From: Marsupella aquatica | Lineage: Eukaryota; Plantae; Marchantiophyta | Direction: 5' to 3' | DNA length: 64,000 nucleotides | Assembly: GCA_973895155.1 (NCBI GenBank) | Contig: OZ316896.1 | Location: 2,232,001-2,296,000, forward strand | Part shown: positions 1-13,600 of the stretch, one piece after another | Layout of the letters: each line of letters starts with the position of its first letter | How positions within the stretch are numbered: position 1 is the stretch's first letter | The notes under the pieces: generated by a model | The model's input: only the letters and a program-made list of their open reading frames with translations | What the model was told of the DNA's origin: nothing | The model's database searches: none | Program-made: the position numbers and the translations under genes

Positions 1-1994
1 AAGCTCCCATCGGCAAAGCTTAATAAATTGGGTTTTCCCGCCCGAGCCACCTGGGTTTTCCCCGCCCCAGCCATCTGAATTCCCCCCTGTCCATAAACAA
101 AAAAAAAACCATAGGCAAAAGCTTGAGAAGAGATAGAACACGAACACGTTGTCGGTTTGATCATCGAAAAAGTTCCCATCTATGACATAGAAGATAGAGG
201 GCGTGAAATATTCCAGATAGGCATGACTATATTTATTTCTGCTGTCGATTCATATGATGAACAACTGGCATGCATGGATTCTACTTGAAGTTGGTTTCCA
301 CTGTAGAAACTCAGGTGTAGCTTAGAGGTATGATAATACATTATAAGTATGCTAAGAGATAAGTACAATTGCTTGAGCCCATTCTTGTTAAACTAGAAAG
401 GAATATTTGTTGAGCTCACTTCGCAGAGGTTTACATTATAAAATACCGCACTGGGATTTGCAAGGATACTGTGGCTGTTGTCATCTGCAAAAGCTATGGC
501 CCATCTAGAAAGAATAGTCTGTGTGATGGTTTACAAGACATTGTTGTATGGGCTCAGTTTACTCTTGGCTCATGATTTGGACAGCTCAGACTCATGGTCC
601 TACCATCTAAGTATGAAGGATTGTAAATGTTACCAAAAAGTCAATTTTGTCTTTCCAAGTGCATGAAGTGGCGTTCAGTTTCTTTATAGGGACTCCATGT
701 TGCCATGCTATGATTCTTGCTTGTTTTGTTTCTTGGTTTTTTGGGGCACTTTAAATGTCAAAATCATCAACATTGGCAGGCGAGACAACCGCTAGCGTTA
801 TCAGTAGAGTGAACCCATTCAACCCAAATAGTGCCTAGCTTACTCTAGCCTGGGCTTTCATCAGAGTGCTACAATAAGACAATATAGGTATGGACTCATT
901 CCCCAGCTCGCCCTCACTGGCAATCCTCGACCAAAAACATAAGACAATGTCTCCTCTCCTCTCCTCCAAACTGTATTACCAGAAACGAACAAACAATGCA
1001 CTGTGTGACACACAGAACCCAAAAGTGTCTCTCAGTCAAATCATCCAATTATATGCTCCATCAGTCCTCAAAGAGGACAAGATTTTTGTCATTTATTTGT
1101 TATCCTAGGTCAACCCTCAAGTTTATAATTGGCAGCGGATGGGCAGCAGAGCCTTTCACTCTGCTTTTCATGCCTCAGTTCCCTGTAAGGGAATGGAATA
1201 GTGCCCTTGAATATCAACATTGATGAGTATAAAAGGTCTGACAAGTAATCTGTGGGCGTCTCACACCAAAACCATGAACACTATCTAGAATGGAAAAGTT
1301 AATATTGGTTGCAAACTGTTTACTTTGTCTCAATCAAAGCTTTGACAGGACCCGGCACAGGGACCCTGTCTTAGTTACCCTATACCCTCTCCATTGCTAC
1401 TACAGCGTGGAGTCTGCACACTCAATTTGCTTGGTAGGTAGTGAGGTTGCCACTAGAAGTTTGTTAAAGGGTCCATCTTGAAATTTGAAACAATTATGAC
1501 TTGCTTACTCAACATTTGTCCACAAGCAGCACAAAAAGTACTGAAGATACAAGTGCAGGCCAATTGTGCTGCTTGTTCAACACAATTTCTCCTCGTAGAA
1601 AGCTGATTTGCCTATCAGACAGTTGTCGCATAAACTTGAACAAAGATGTGGTAAGTGACACTCCCAGAACATAAACTTTATAGTGTAAATGATAGGCCAC
1701 AATCCAATGGAGATATAACCTACGGAGCATTGCTGGTTTCTGTATTGGTGCATCCTGGTGCGTCTAACCTTGTCATGCAATAGAGAAGGAATGACAGAAT
1801 AAAAATTGCATCAAATACATGATAAGCTATCATAGTAAAACCTAACATATCAAATGAAAGTCATGCTAAATCCAAACCAATACAAAGTGAAATGATAGAC
1901 TAGGCCAGATTTAAAAGAAAATTCAGAACTCATTCTTCTAATAAGACAAGATAAGGTAGAAGGTGTTGGCCATATAGCAACTTCAAAAGTGCGG

Positions 1995-2103
1995 ATATAT
2001 ATCTTTCATCTCACCTTGCAGGACCAACATCATTCAATGACAAGGGGTTTCATATATATTTTTCATCTCACCTTGCAGGACCACCATTATTCAGTGCCAG
2101 GGT
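1995..2103. repeat. 57-bp tandem duplication
   Basis: ATATAT..TTTCATCTCACCTTGCAGGACCA..AT.ATTCA occurs twice (GGACC at 2021 and 2078). Each copy carries a minus-strand splice-donor-like AAG|GTGAG. Confidence 0.8.
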
Positions 2104-2110
2104 GATAACA

Positions 2111-2660
2111 TACTTACACTGTAACTATCTGCGAGCAAGGAGATAAGGAGATTGGAGGAGGCCAGCAGTCTCAAACTGCAGCGAATGTGCAGTACCGCCG
2201 AACGTGCCGAAAGGCCAGTACCGTATACCGAAACGTACGGTGCGGGAAGGCTCAGGCTCAGGCTCAGCTGAAGTAAGTTACTCACTTTACTCCGTTCCCA
2301 ATGCATGTCAACGGGAGATTCACCGCAGAGGGTCAGAGGACGAGTGTACGAGCGCCGCTTATGACTGGTGTAAGGAAGTGGGAGGTGTAAGAGGTCTACT
2401 GTACTACAATAGATACGGTACGACGGGTCCGGAATTAGGGACAAGACTCTGATAGTCTGATGAGCAGCGGGGCCGGCCGGGGCAGACGGGTAGGGGCCGC
2501 CGAGCCAAGCTATCATTCGGAATGGCCAAACTGCGGCTGGCGGCTTATTTGGGGGAAAGGGTGTTTTCAGCGCGGCGACGGCTGATGGCGGCCCCGAGGC
2601 GGCACCTACTGGCGGACTGGCGTTTTGAGACGTGGGAATGTTTTTGGCCCCCTTCAACGG
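2111..2660 (-). other. CpG-rich promoter/5' exon of an unidentified minus-strand transcript
   Basis: Locally GC/CpG-rich island in CpG-poor flanks. Minus-strand donor GTAAGTA at 2117-2111 and another GTAAGC at 1508. No recognisable protein. Confidence 0.3.
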
Positions 2661-4559
2661 CAGATTTTACTGAAAGTAGTCGGTATAATTGGGAGTGCTG
2701 TGTATTTTATCTCCTTTATTTGGACCTCGTTTGCTTTCTTTACTTGTACTTGATTTGTTTCCTTTTTGTATAAATTATGAAACTAGAGCCTGAATGGATC
2801 TCCACATTCTCTATGAAGTCCATTTTGTTTGTTTTCATTTGGGCTGAGATTGGAGATTCAGGACGAAGAAGTTGCTTTCTTGTCCATGCAACATTGCTGA
2901 GCCATTCAGACAACATTCAACCAAACAGGCATTTTCATAAAGAATTACTTGATGTCTTGACTACTTTTCTCCACCAGGTAGTCAACTCAAATACGCAACA
3001 TGTTCCTCTTTCGTTTGGGTGTAAAATCAGTGATCACTTTATGCAGTCCATGGGGATCGGCATCTGCATAGGGTTCCCTGGAAGATTCTTTGGCACCCTC
3101 AGAAAAACAACTGAATGTCCTGATTCCTTGTTTTGGTTTGGAAGCCTCAATGATGACTAGTAGAAAATAAATTAGTTTGTGCACCCTATATTGGACCTGC
3201 TGTAACTACTTTTTTGGAATAATGAACCTACATACAAAGATTACTCAACTGTAAACAAAGGTAGCGCCAAAGATTTGCGTGATCATATCCATTGAAAAAT
3301 CTTGTCATAACATGTACACAAAATTTTGTTATCTTATTGTAAAAGCCCCAATTGAAGTCTACTTTTAAGAGCCTACTGTAGGTCTAGAGTGAACCCTCTA
3401 GACACTAACTCCCAATAAAGAGATGATGTTCATTAAGATCAAAATTTTAAATGAGGATGAACAAAAATGACATTGACTTTAAATAAAGACAAAACTGAAA
3501 TGAAATGAAAAAAAAACAAGGATGAGGACTAAAAATAACATGTAAATTTCATTGTGCAAGATTTCTCTGCATATCTATTTACTTTCAAGGAACGGGTCAT
3601 AGGGCTAGTTTACACTCCAATCATAATTTTCCCATCATTTGTCAGGTCCAGTGATGATTCAAATTTGCCCTGACTCACAGGGGTGTCCATACATTGCGGA
3701 AGAAACATTGCAGAAGAAACTAAGGTGCTTGTGGCTTGCCTGTTGTACAGTGACTTGGCAACCAAAGTGGGACCAATTGATTTTTCTGAAAGTTTTCAAA
3801 AGTTGCACTTTACCAACAGGTCTAATAAACTAAAACACATGCATAAAACAAAATCACTTAGCTTAAATTTACACTTTAGAGGGTCCGCCTTTGGCAAAAT
3901 CCCCTTCCCACTGGATCTTACCAGGATGGTCACACTTTTATCAACATGCTCTTTTTTTGTCCCTCTTTCAGTGTCTACATTCTTATGACTCTAGTAAGTT
4001 GTGTCCATTGAGATTCTTTGCACTAGTTTAAGTTTCAAGAAAGGCACTGGAAAGTCAACAATTTTCAATCAATTTTTGCCCATTCAAAGCCAAAACATCA
4101 AAATGGTAAATTTGTTTTACCCAATTGTTTGTTGTTCCAATTGTCTTCTGTCTTCTGATCTTTTTACTGTTACTTGGTATAACTGTTTTACCTTGCCTTG
4201 CATCAAACACCAACAGTTGTGTTTGTTTCTTGTTGAAAACATCATTGTTCCTGTTTGTGACAGGACCTGATATTGCTCAATGTGGTGTTAGAGATTTTGG
4301 AAGGAGCTTCCCATGGGAGTCCGTAAAGAAGAAAGTCAAAACAAATATGTAGAGTAAGCTTCTGGCACAATGAACGCTTTTTTCCACCATTCATTCGGGA
4401 ATTTCTGTAGGAAGAGTCCGTCACCCCTACATTGTTACCGAGGTTGCCCCAAACTCCCTTGTCGGTGATTTTCACAATGCTGCCTCAAGATATGTTCTTT
4501 CTAGATTTCCACTTGGTCAAAATTTGGGAGTTGGAGTGAAGTTTCCAAGTCAAAGATTT

Positions 4560-4904
4560 TGTTAGGAATTTGTTCTTAGGTCTAGAGTTACTATAGTTAT
4601 GATTGTTTTAACTATAGTCGGTGCTCAATTAAGGCTACATGTGTCACTACTATATTGACTAGAAAAAACTAGTTAGTGAGTGGAACTTAGATGCCTTGTT
4701 ATGGAGCCAGTTAAGAGATAGGGAGAGCTTAGTCTATAAATATTTGGTTGGCTGACAAACTTAGAGTTCAATAAAGTTCTCTTGAATGATCCCATTGATG
4801 TAGCCTCTATAAAGGTGAACCACATGTATCCTCTGTGATTACTTGTGTATTCATTGGATGTTGCATATGTGCATGCTCTCTTACCCAAAGAAAAGCCATC
4901 AACA
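4560..4904. mobile_element. possible solo LTR
   Basis: TGTTAG...TCAACA termini and an internal CTATAAAG. The TSD is poor (GATTT/TGTTT). Confidence 0.35.
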
Positions 4905-4909
4905 TGTTT

Positions 4910-5087
4910 TGACGATTGTAAAATTTGTACTTTCTTTGTTAGATAAGGAAAGCCTGGAGGCTACCAAATGAGTATGTCCCATTTGGCTGGCAAGACGGAT
5001 TTCATATGCATCAGACTTTGTAAATGCTCTGCACTAGGGTAAGATTTTAGTCCACAAATTTGCCAAATTCCACCCACTACAAATATT
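4910..5087 (+). repeat. left part of a satellite-like monomer split by the Helitron-like insertion
   Basis: CATCAGACTTTGTAAA...TTTGCCAAATTCCACCCACTACAAATATTT matches the monomer at 18130-18210. Confidence 0.75.
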
Positions 5088-6075
5088 TACGGACCCCACT
5101 AGAGGTCCCTTCCAAAATTCCTGGCACCACAGCATGCCACGTCAGCAACAACCGCAACAAACAAGAATGGTCATGTTTGCGCAACGAATAAACTCCTCTC
5201 CATCTTGTTTACGTCGCTTTTCGTGTAATTTATGGACGCCGTGCCGTCAAAACATAATGTAAAAGTAATTAAAAGTAATTCATCCAAATCTATTGATACA
5301 AAGGGTGAGATTAAAAACATTCACCCATATTCTCTTTACTTAAATTTATAAATGTTTTTTTATAAAAGTAAATAGTGCTCAACATTGAAAATAACCGTAT
5401 TCCTGTGTAACTGCCGAAATAAAACCGTCAGAACAAAAAAAGCAAATCAACATTTCGGACAGGAGGCTAACGTTGCTGGAGCCGAGGTGCTAACAGAACA
5501 ACCAGCGAAGGCAAAACCAGTGCGCATTGGATTCATTTTGGGCGAGATTCTGCAATTGTTTCCCGAATCCCCTCATGAACTTCTAATTTACTTTCCACAA
5601 CGGATAATGGAACACCACAGATAGACTAGGTAACATATCAAGCTTCCTCGAGCAATCCCTCCACCAGCCAAGTACGACCAGTCTTCATGCTGTTCAGACT
5701 CCTTCAGCCTCCCTAGACGAAGCTACCATCCTCGCCTCCTTCGACCTAGCAAATGTCCGAGATCTCGAGAGAAGCAGAGAATTCAAGCAGCTGTCGAACC
5801 ACAACCCGAGTCTCACACACAGAGCAGCCGTCAATTAGGAGAAATTCCTAAGCATGTAGGAACGAACACACTACCTCTTTCCCAAGTGCCGATTGCCTCG
5901 CTCCCCTTCCTGAAGAGCCGTAGATGAGATGAGCACTAACTGTGAAGGAAACTGGCGTACAAGTCGTGGCATCCGAACCGAGTAGGCGTCCACCACCGGC
6001 TGCCCAAACTAGCACGCAAACAGAAACAGCATCACAGCCGGACCACATTTGCGGAGGGGGAAACGGTGATGGCGG

Positions 6076-6585
6076 ATGGGCATTTTTCCAATTTTCTGGA
6101 AACCCCAGTCAGATCGTCAAGGCAGTCAAAATGCAGGTGCATTTGAGAATTCGCATGTATTCCAAAACCAAAGAGGTGGAAAGGACATTCTATCGTACCT
6201 CAGGGCCAGAGATCTGAATTTCAGAAAAGAGGCGCAACACATCTTAATCAGAAACAAATAGATCGAGCAGAAAGAAGTAGAAGCAAAGAGAATTGATAAG
6301 GACATTGACAAGATCGAGAGAAAGCCTTGCATAGAAGAGCAGAAAGGCAGCGACCTGAGCAGAAGAAAAAGGCAAAAGCAGATCGATCGAGACAGAAAGA
6401 AAAGTGAAACTGAACCCCGATCTAAGGCCGAAAACTCACAAGCAAAAGAGAGAATTGAAGCAGCAGAAGTATCGGGAGGCACTGGCGAAAGAGATTTGAC
6501 AAGGAGATTTGAAAAGCATATAAAGGCTCTGAAAATCGAAGAACGAGAAATAGAAGCGCCGGCCCCGGAAGGAACTCAAAACTGA
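6076..6585 (+). pseudogene. charged, coiled-coil-like ORF remnant (cargo of the Helitron-like element)
   Basis: ORF 6076-6261 continues in frame past one TAG (6259-6261) through an E/K/R-rich tract (IEQKEVEAKRIDKDIDKIE...) to TGA 6583-6585. Confidence 0.35.
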
Positions 6586-7037
6586 AATCGAACAAGGTCA
6601 ACTTTCATTGTTGAACTCTTCTCTTGATTCTGACTTGTTAAGGCTTTTAAGGATTCTATTCGTCAGACTCTTGCTTCTTGTTGTACTTTTTTAGTAGGAG
6701 TAGTGGTCGTCATCGAATTCCTGGTTGTAGTCATTTGAGTGAAGGACGCTTTTGAACACTTGTCTGAACTCTAAGCAGTTGCAGGATTATGTACTGAACA
6801 ATTATATCACATGAGGAAACTGAGTCAGTTTGCATTTAGCTTGCGATAGGATGTCTTGTTTTGTTACTATTCGAAAGTTTCTGTGTTGGTGCTGGAAACG
6901 AAAATGGAATTATAGATCATCACGTTATAGAGATAAATGGCCGAGAGGGAGAGAACATTTTGTTTCCAACCTTATGCCGCGCGTATGTGAGAGCTATTTC
7001 CTGGACCACAGAATCAACGCACGGGACTCAAATGTGT

Positions 7038-7215
7038 ATTTTTGTTTCCCAGTTAGAAAGGGCTCATCAATTATTTGCCGTAAGTTTTAAGATCCTATGA
7101 CATAGATCATCCCGAGCTCCTTTGGGATTTTTGTTTCCCAGTTAGAAAGGGCTCATCAATTATTTGCCGTAAGTTTTAAGATCCTATGATAGAGATCGTC
7201 CCGAGCTCCTTTGGG
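7038..7215. repeat. 89-bp near-perfect tandem duplication
   Basis: ATTTTTGTTTCCCAGTTAGAAAGGGCTCATCAATTATTTGCCGTAAG...CCCGAGCTCCTTTGGG occurs twice. Confidence 0.9.
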
Positions 7216-9882
7216 GCCGGTAAGCCAGTCTCTCGAGGACTTTTTTAGTAGGAGTAGTCGATGTTTGAAACAAGGCCCCGAGAGCTCTCTGAATTCTGAC
7301 CACAAAATTCAAATTCCGCATTGGCGCTCCCTCCTCGGAATCGGCGGTCGATGCCACTGGACTATCCTTGGATGTCAAGGGCTCTGCTGCTAGGCTATTG
7401 TTTGTAACCCAACTTTTCCTGTCATTCCTCTCATCCCACTTTCGTGATTCACCAAACGAAAACGATTTGGGCCCCGCAGCTGAAAAGCATATCGCCTGCC
7501 TTTGAACCAAAAAAACAACTCTAGTTGCTCCTCCTGCTGTTTCTTCAGGACGCCTTTTCCCTCCCACAACTTTCACCGATCTCTTGGCCAGTCCACTTAC
7601 ATTATCCCCCGAAAATACAGAGGAACCCAATAGAGACTCGGAATAGGCACTTTGCCCTGTCGAAACACGCCATTGGGCAAGAGCTGTCATCGTGCGTGCT
7701 TGCACGCCCCGTCCGCCCTCCACTAAAGCACACAGCCAAGCTGGTGCCTCGTCTTAAATCTCTCCTTGTCATCCGTGTCCTACACCATCTAGCAAATTTA
7801 AATCTACACTAACCGCACTTCAAGCGCACTACTCAAATTGAAGAAGAATCATGACAGGTCAAACTAGCCAAAGGCACTGCCACTGCAAGGAGCGGCTTGA
7901 CATCAAAACAGTTCAGTCATCCATTCACTAACTCAGTGAAACACTTCTCCCATCATAGCACAACCATTCTCCCTCAGTGTAGCAAACCAACTCCTTCCAT
8001 TTAAGCCTTTCCCTTCCAGAATGTCTAAGATATCGGCATCCCGAGTGGATGTTCACTTCAGGCTCGATCAATGAACAAACGCTATCGGGACCTAGGCCCT
8101 CCAATCTACTGCACATGTACCCTAATTCCTCAAGCGCGGTGCAACACCGGTCCCGCTGAAAGATCCTCCCATGCCTCCCGGCTCCGTTACTCCTTCCCCT
8201 TCATCTCACTCACTGACCTCCCTTCCTTCCTCCTCCTCTTCCTCCTCACCTCGTACCTTGCTACATCAAATTCCACCGCGCCAATGCTCCCAAGCTCTCA
8301 ACTACAATCCAATCCAATCCGTCCTCTGTCTCACTCACTCTACGTCTCCCTGTCCTACGAAATTCTATGTCTATGGACGATGGCGTGGAAGCACTTCAAT
8401 CAAGCAAATTCAATCAATCAATCGATCCATCACTCGATCAATCAATGAGGGGAGACGAGAAACACAGAGAGCTACAAGACGAGAATATGAAATCCTCAAA
8501 TTGCAAGTGTCGACAATTGTCACTGCTCCTCCTCCACGAGACTGAAAGGCGAATACGAAGTGAGCATTTTTGTTTGGAGCTTCTTGGCGGCCCAATGAGA
8601 AGTCTCCTGCCACTCGTTTAAAAAGTGTTGCTAGGTTCCATTGGTGAAACTCGGGCGACAAACACTGCCGACTTTTATTTGATATACACATAGAATCTTT
8701 TATTTATATTATATTATATTATTTTCCCTTCCGTGGCCAGTCATCGATACGAGCATCTCCAGAGGTGACTACTATAGGGATTTATTTGTAAGGATGCAAA
8801 GAGTATGGCAATTTAAAACATTGTAACTTCTCTGCTGAATGCAGGAAATGCTTAGACTGGGATCGAATCACAGACCGAGAGATCGAGAGGTGAAAGACTG
8901 AAAGCTGGACATCATGTGACCTATAATTAGAGAGACCTTAAATAAAGTGAGTCAAGCAACTTACACTTAGAGCCTATAATTAGACTGAAATTTATAATTA
9001 GATTGACACCTGAAATAAACTTAAGTGAGTCACAATTTTATGTGAGATGTATTTTATAGGCTAAGCTATCTTACTAATAATTTGCAAAGCTACTTAAGGC
9101 CTATGGTCTAGAGTTGGCAACTCCCAATAAAGACAAAACTGATAATGAGTCTTTAATAATCACACAACTTAAAAAATGAAAAAAAAGTATGGGGGAGGGT
9201 GGACAAAGAACTAGATTGGCACAGACGAACCCAAATTAAAGCATACTTAGAATTGTTTCCGTGTTAGTCAGGGTGTTAGTGTAACTTACTAGAGGTTTAA
9301 AGTTTGTTTGGTACTCACACAAGTCTTCTTGCAGAAAGGGCAGGTGTGTCGGCTGACTTACTTAATGGTGTTCGGAAAGTTGGACGTGAGTTTTCAAGTT
9401 ACCTAGAGAAGAGAAGCTTCGGATAAGTTAAACAGCGCTTCTACATACAGGTTTGCTGTCTCCTAACATCAAGTTCTTCCTGCTTTTTGTGTGGTCCCTA
9501 ACATGATTATTGAACCCTAATTTCCTTACTATTTTCTAATATATTTTTTGGTTATTTAATTTGGCATTTACTCTGTTGCGGTCCTTTTAAGACGGTTTAG
9601 TGTGCTTCGAATCCGGACCAACTCCAAATCATAGCCATGTTTGAATTGCTTTTTGTCATTACAATTTTGAATTGCAACAAAGATCCTCACTTTGTAAAGA
9701 ACATGAAGTAAAAAAAGTTTATATATACAAATATATCTTTATATTGACTGAGTATTAAACTTATATAATTCATTAGATTAGATTACAAGGTTCTATAGTT
9801 GCCTGTACCATTAGCATATTGTCCAAATGCAAGACTTGATCCCGGTTGGGATCATCGTCTTGGACAAATTTCTTGATTCGGC

Positions 9883-10400
9883 TTTAGGGGTGATACCCAA
9901 AACTGGGAGAACTATGCCTTGACTTGGTACAAGTCTTGGAAGAAGTCGCAAGAGGACTCCTCCTTGCCGTTAACTTGGGAAATCCTAGTTGAGGGTCTTC
10001 GTGCTCATGTCACCACTAAGTACCTAGAGCGGCACGCTTAGAGATGTGTAACGTAAATGAGCTTTAGGGGTGATATCCAAATGATCATCACTTATTATCA
10101 AAACCAGTTGGTGTGTATCCCGACGGGGCAAGAGACACTACATACACAACTGCACAACTTTCTAGTGATTCACGAGTGGCGCCATGGGTCATCATTGTAG
10201 TAAGGATTGTTCCACCAAAGGTGGCAAGCTGAGCGGAGATGGAGGGCAGAAGGGCATTAAGTAATGCTCTAACCGAAATACCTAGGAGAACTATGCCTTG
10301 ACTTGGTACAAGTCTTGGTAAATGAGCTTTAGGGGTGATATCCAAAAGCTCATCACTTATTATCAAAACCAGTTGGAAGTTAACGGCAATCACTTATTAT
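9883..10400 (+). mobile_element. Ty3/Gypsy gag fragment with shuffled local duplications
   Basis: 9901-10041 reads NWENYALTWYKSWKKSQEDSSLPLTWEILVEGLRAHV, a retrotransposon-gag A-x-x-W...TW pattern. Blocks GGAGAACTATGCCTTGACTTGGTACAAGTCTTGG and GTAAATGAGCTTTAGGGGTGATATCCAAA...CAAAACCAGTTGG recur at 10285-10376. Confidence 0.55.
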
Positions 10401-10682
10401 GTCACAAGTTCTAACGGTAATCTGGGTGTTGCATTGGTGGATACAGGCGCGGCCGCCTGCTTCATGAGTGGCATGACCTTCGAGTAGTGTTTATGGCATG
10501 ACTTTGAAGAGGTGCTTGGCGCTCTGCTAACTTGGGCTGGAGCCAAGCAACCAACTCTTCTTGGTAACTACGAGATCGCGATAAGCAAGTCTCGTTTCTG
10601 AAATTTGATTGAGCGAATTTTGGATGGACCCTAGCTAAGAAAACTGACGAGTTCATAATCCTTTGCATAGGTCTCCCCAAAA

Positions 10683-13600
10683 ATGTCACGGCGCACAATG
10701 TCCGAGAAGAGACATGCTGCACGAAGGCGTGCAATAAACACCTATGCCGAGTCACTAAGTCCGTTATGTCAAGGATGGGCCTCAGCCCCATTGTATCTCC
10801 AAGAATGGAGAGAAGTCTGCCAAAAGACAATCCAAGGCATGAAGGTGTGCAAGATGTGCGGACTAGTTTGATACGGAAACACTCCGAGGATCGACAAGAC
10901 ATTCACCACCGTACCAAAGGTGAACATGACGCCGTATGGCATATGCAACACATTTGTCAACCAGTACATTGAGAACCAAGATGGAACAATCAACGTGTGC
11001 GTGACTTGCGTGCGAAACCCCGCCCGTATCCAGATAAACTCCTTCATATCTCTGCAATATGCGATCGACATCCTAGCCGCGAAGCCGTTGTACATGCAAT
11101 TGCTCTCGCTAATCGACTGTCGACTACGCATCATACAAAAGTACAATGGCTTCCACTTTGGCTTCTACAAAAAGGAAAGCCTCCTTGACAACCCGCTCAT
11201 ATCCTGGAATCTCGACACGCTAGAGTGCAATAATCGAGAGGAGATCATGCGACAGATATACAAGGTCATGGAACTCAATTTGACGACCAACCAACTTTTC
11301 AAAAGATACGTTTCATTGGTCGAACTACCAGACCCGTCACTGGGACTGTGCATCCTAAGTTCCGACGGAGTAGAGAACATCATCAAAGACAAGAGGGCAA
11401 AGGGAATAACCACGAGATCCATGAACTTTGACCCATTCGACCCCGACCTGCACATCCTCCAAGATGTGCATTACAGGATCCCGACTTCACACAAGCGCAA
11501 GTACCAGGTCTTTCGTTCCGGCACCGTGTACGACCACAAGAGAATGTGCTCCGAAGAGAGCGTCAACACCGACGCGGAAGGACTGTCGAACGATCCACAT
11601 TTGACATTGGAAAATGCAATGTTCCCGTTCTTATTCGTCCACTCGAGGGGTTTCCATCGAGGACAACTCAGCTTGATCGACTACATGAAACGGAGGACAC
11701 AATAGTTGTTCAGCATATTCACTTTGTACAAGCCGTACATGCTTATCATGTACCAATTGCGACAGGCCAGCCAAGTAGCAAGCATGAGCAGGACGATAGT
11801 AATCGACAAGGAATACATGCAGATCAAGGAGAAATGCCCCCACTTTAGCGAGAAGGAAATATACAAAATGCTGATAAAAAAGACAATCACGCAGGCCGTT
11901 CCTGGGAGCCCGGCGTGGCACGGAAGACACCTCGACGACCTCAAGTGCATGGTAAGAAAATGGGGACTGCCCCATTTCTTCCTCACGCTCACTTGCGATG
12001 AGCTCAGCGACACCCATTGGCCTGAGATCGCCGACCTCGAGAACATTGTGAAGAGGATGAATCCGACCTTCTCATGGAAAGATTGTCCTGTCGAATGCGC
12101 CGTGCTCTTCCACGAACGAATCCAACGTTTTTTCAAGGATTACATTTTGTCAAAACGTGCCATAATCGGAAATGTGATCCACTACGTCATCAGGTACGAG
12201 TTGCAGGGCCGCAGATCACTCCACGCCCACACGGTGCTATGGGTCAAGGATTGCCACGTCGATCGAGTCACGAACGAAATTGCCGCATTCATCCCTGGAA
12301 AATTTGACTCGACATCCGGCAGATTCGAAGAGCCGAATGGACTCAAAGAATAGACCTTGTATCGCAACGTGGTGACGAAACAACTTCACTACTGCAAGGA
12401 GGGCTTGTGCTTGCAAAGGCACTCCCAAACCGGCCTCAAGTACTGCAAGTTGGGTTTCCCCCAAGAAACTCATCTCGACAAAGATGCGGCCATCGACCCC
12501 GCCACGGGGAAATGGAGGTACCACAGGCCAAGCGACCACCACCGAAACGTCGTGCCATACCACCCGCTCGTGTTGCTGTTGTGGGGCGCGCACATGAACC
12601 TGCAACGCATCACAAACGCGGCCTGGTCATTCTATTTGCTCAAATACGCGATCAAATGCGAGCCCCTGGGATCACTCCAGCTCAATGCGAACGATGCGCG
12701 CACTCTAGGACTCGAGGACCTGTCTGAAGTCCAACTCAAGCTTGTCAGTGGAGCCGTCCTGTCTCGGAGCGTGTGCGCCACGAAGGCGGCCTTGACGTGC
12801 CTCAAAATCAGCATCATCCATCGCTCGGAGATAGTGGCGTTCATGGACTCATCGCCTCCGGAACTAAGGTCCGCCATCTACCGTAAGTCCTCGGGGATAT
12901 GTTTGCATCCCACCAGACTCTACGCACAGAGGCCCGAGGACATGTTTGCAATGTCCTTCTACGACTACTTCACCAACCACGAGGTCCTCACCAATAAGAA
13001 AAGCACCACCAAAGACTACGTCAGCAGGGATTTGCAAGGCAATTTCGTGTATCGGATGGATCGGCTCGTGCGGTTTTCGGAGTATCATCCAGTATACAAG
13101 ATGAACGGCTTCTTCTACAACTACCTCCTGAAGGTCGTGAGATTCCGTGCAGAAGGCGAGATTCTCCTCAGGCCCATAAGCGAGACGTGGAGCTACTTGC
13201 ACGAGTGCATACACCGCAAGTTGATAACCAGCGTCGACGACGTGCACAAGTTGGTGCTTCAGTATTGTGCATCGCACCTCTACTCCACCCACCACACATC
13301 CCACCTGCTGTAGGAGCTGAACGAAAAGCTTCCCCACCAAATTTTCAACGACGCGGCCACATTCCAAGCGGTCCCCACCGTCGCCGTAGAGAAACCGATC
13401 GGCGCGGTGCTCAACGAAAAAACTCTCCCGACCGTCAACTTGACTCCGGACCAAATCAGAGTGTTTGAGGCACTCAAGGATGTCAAGAGCGGTCTGTTCA
13501 TGATCGATGGAAATCCAGGATCCGGCAAGACTTTCTTCATCTCTTTCATGAACAAATACTGGACATATAAAGGGAGGAAGGTGAAGATGTGTGCCACCAC

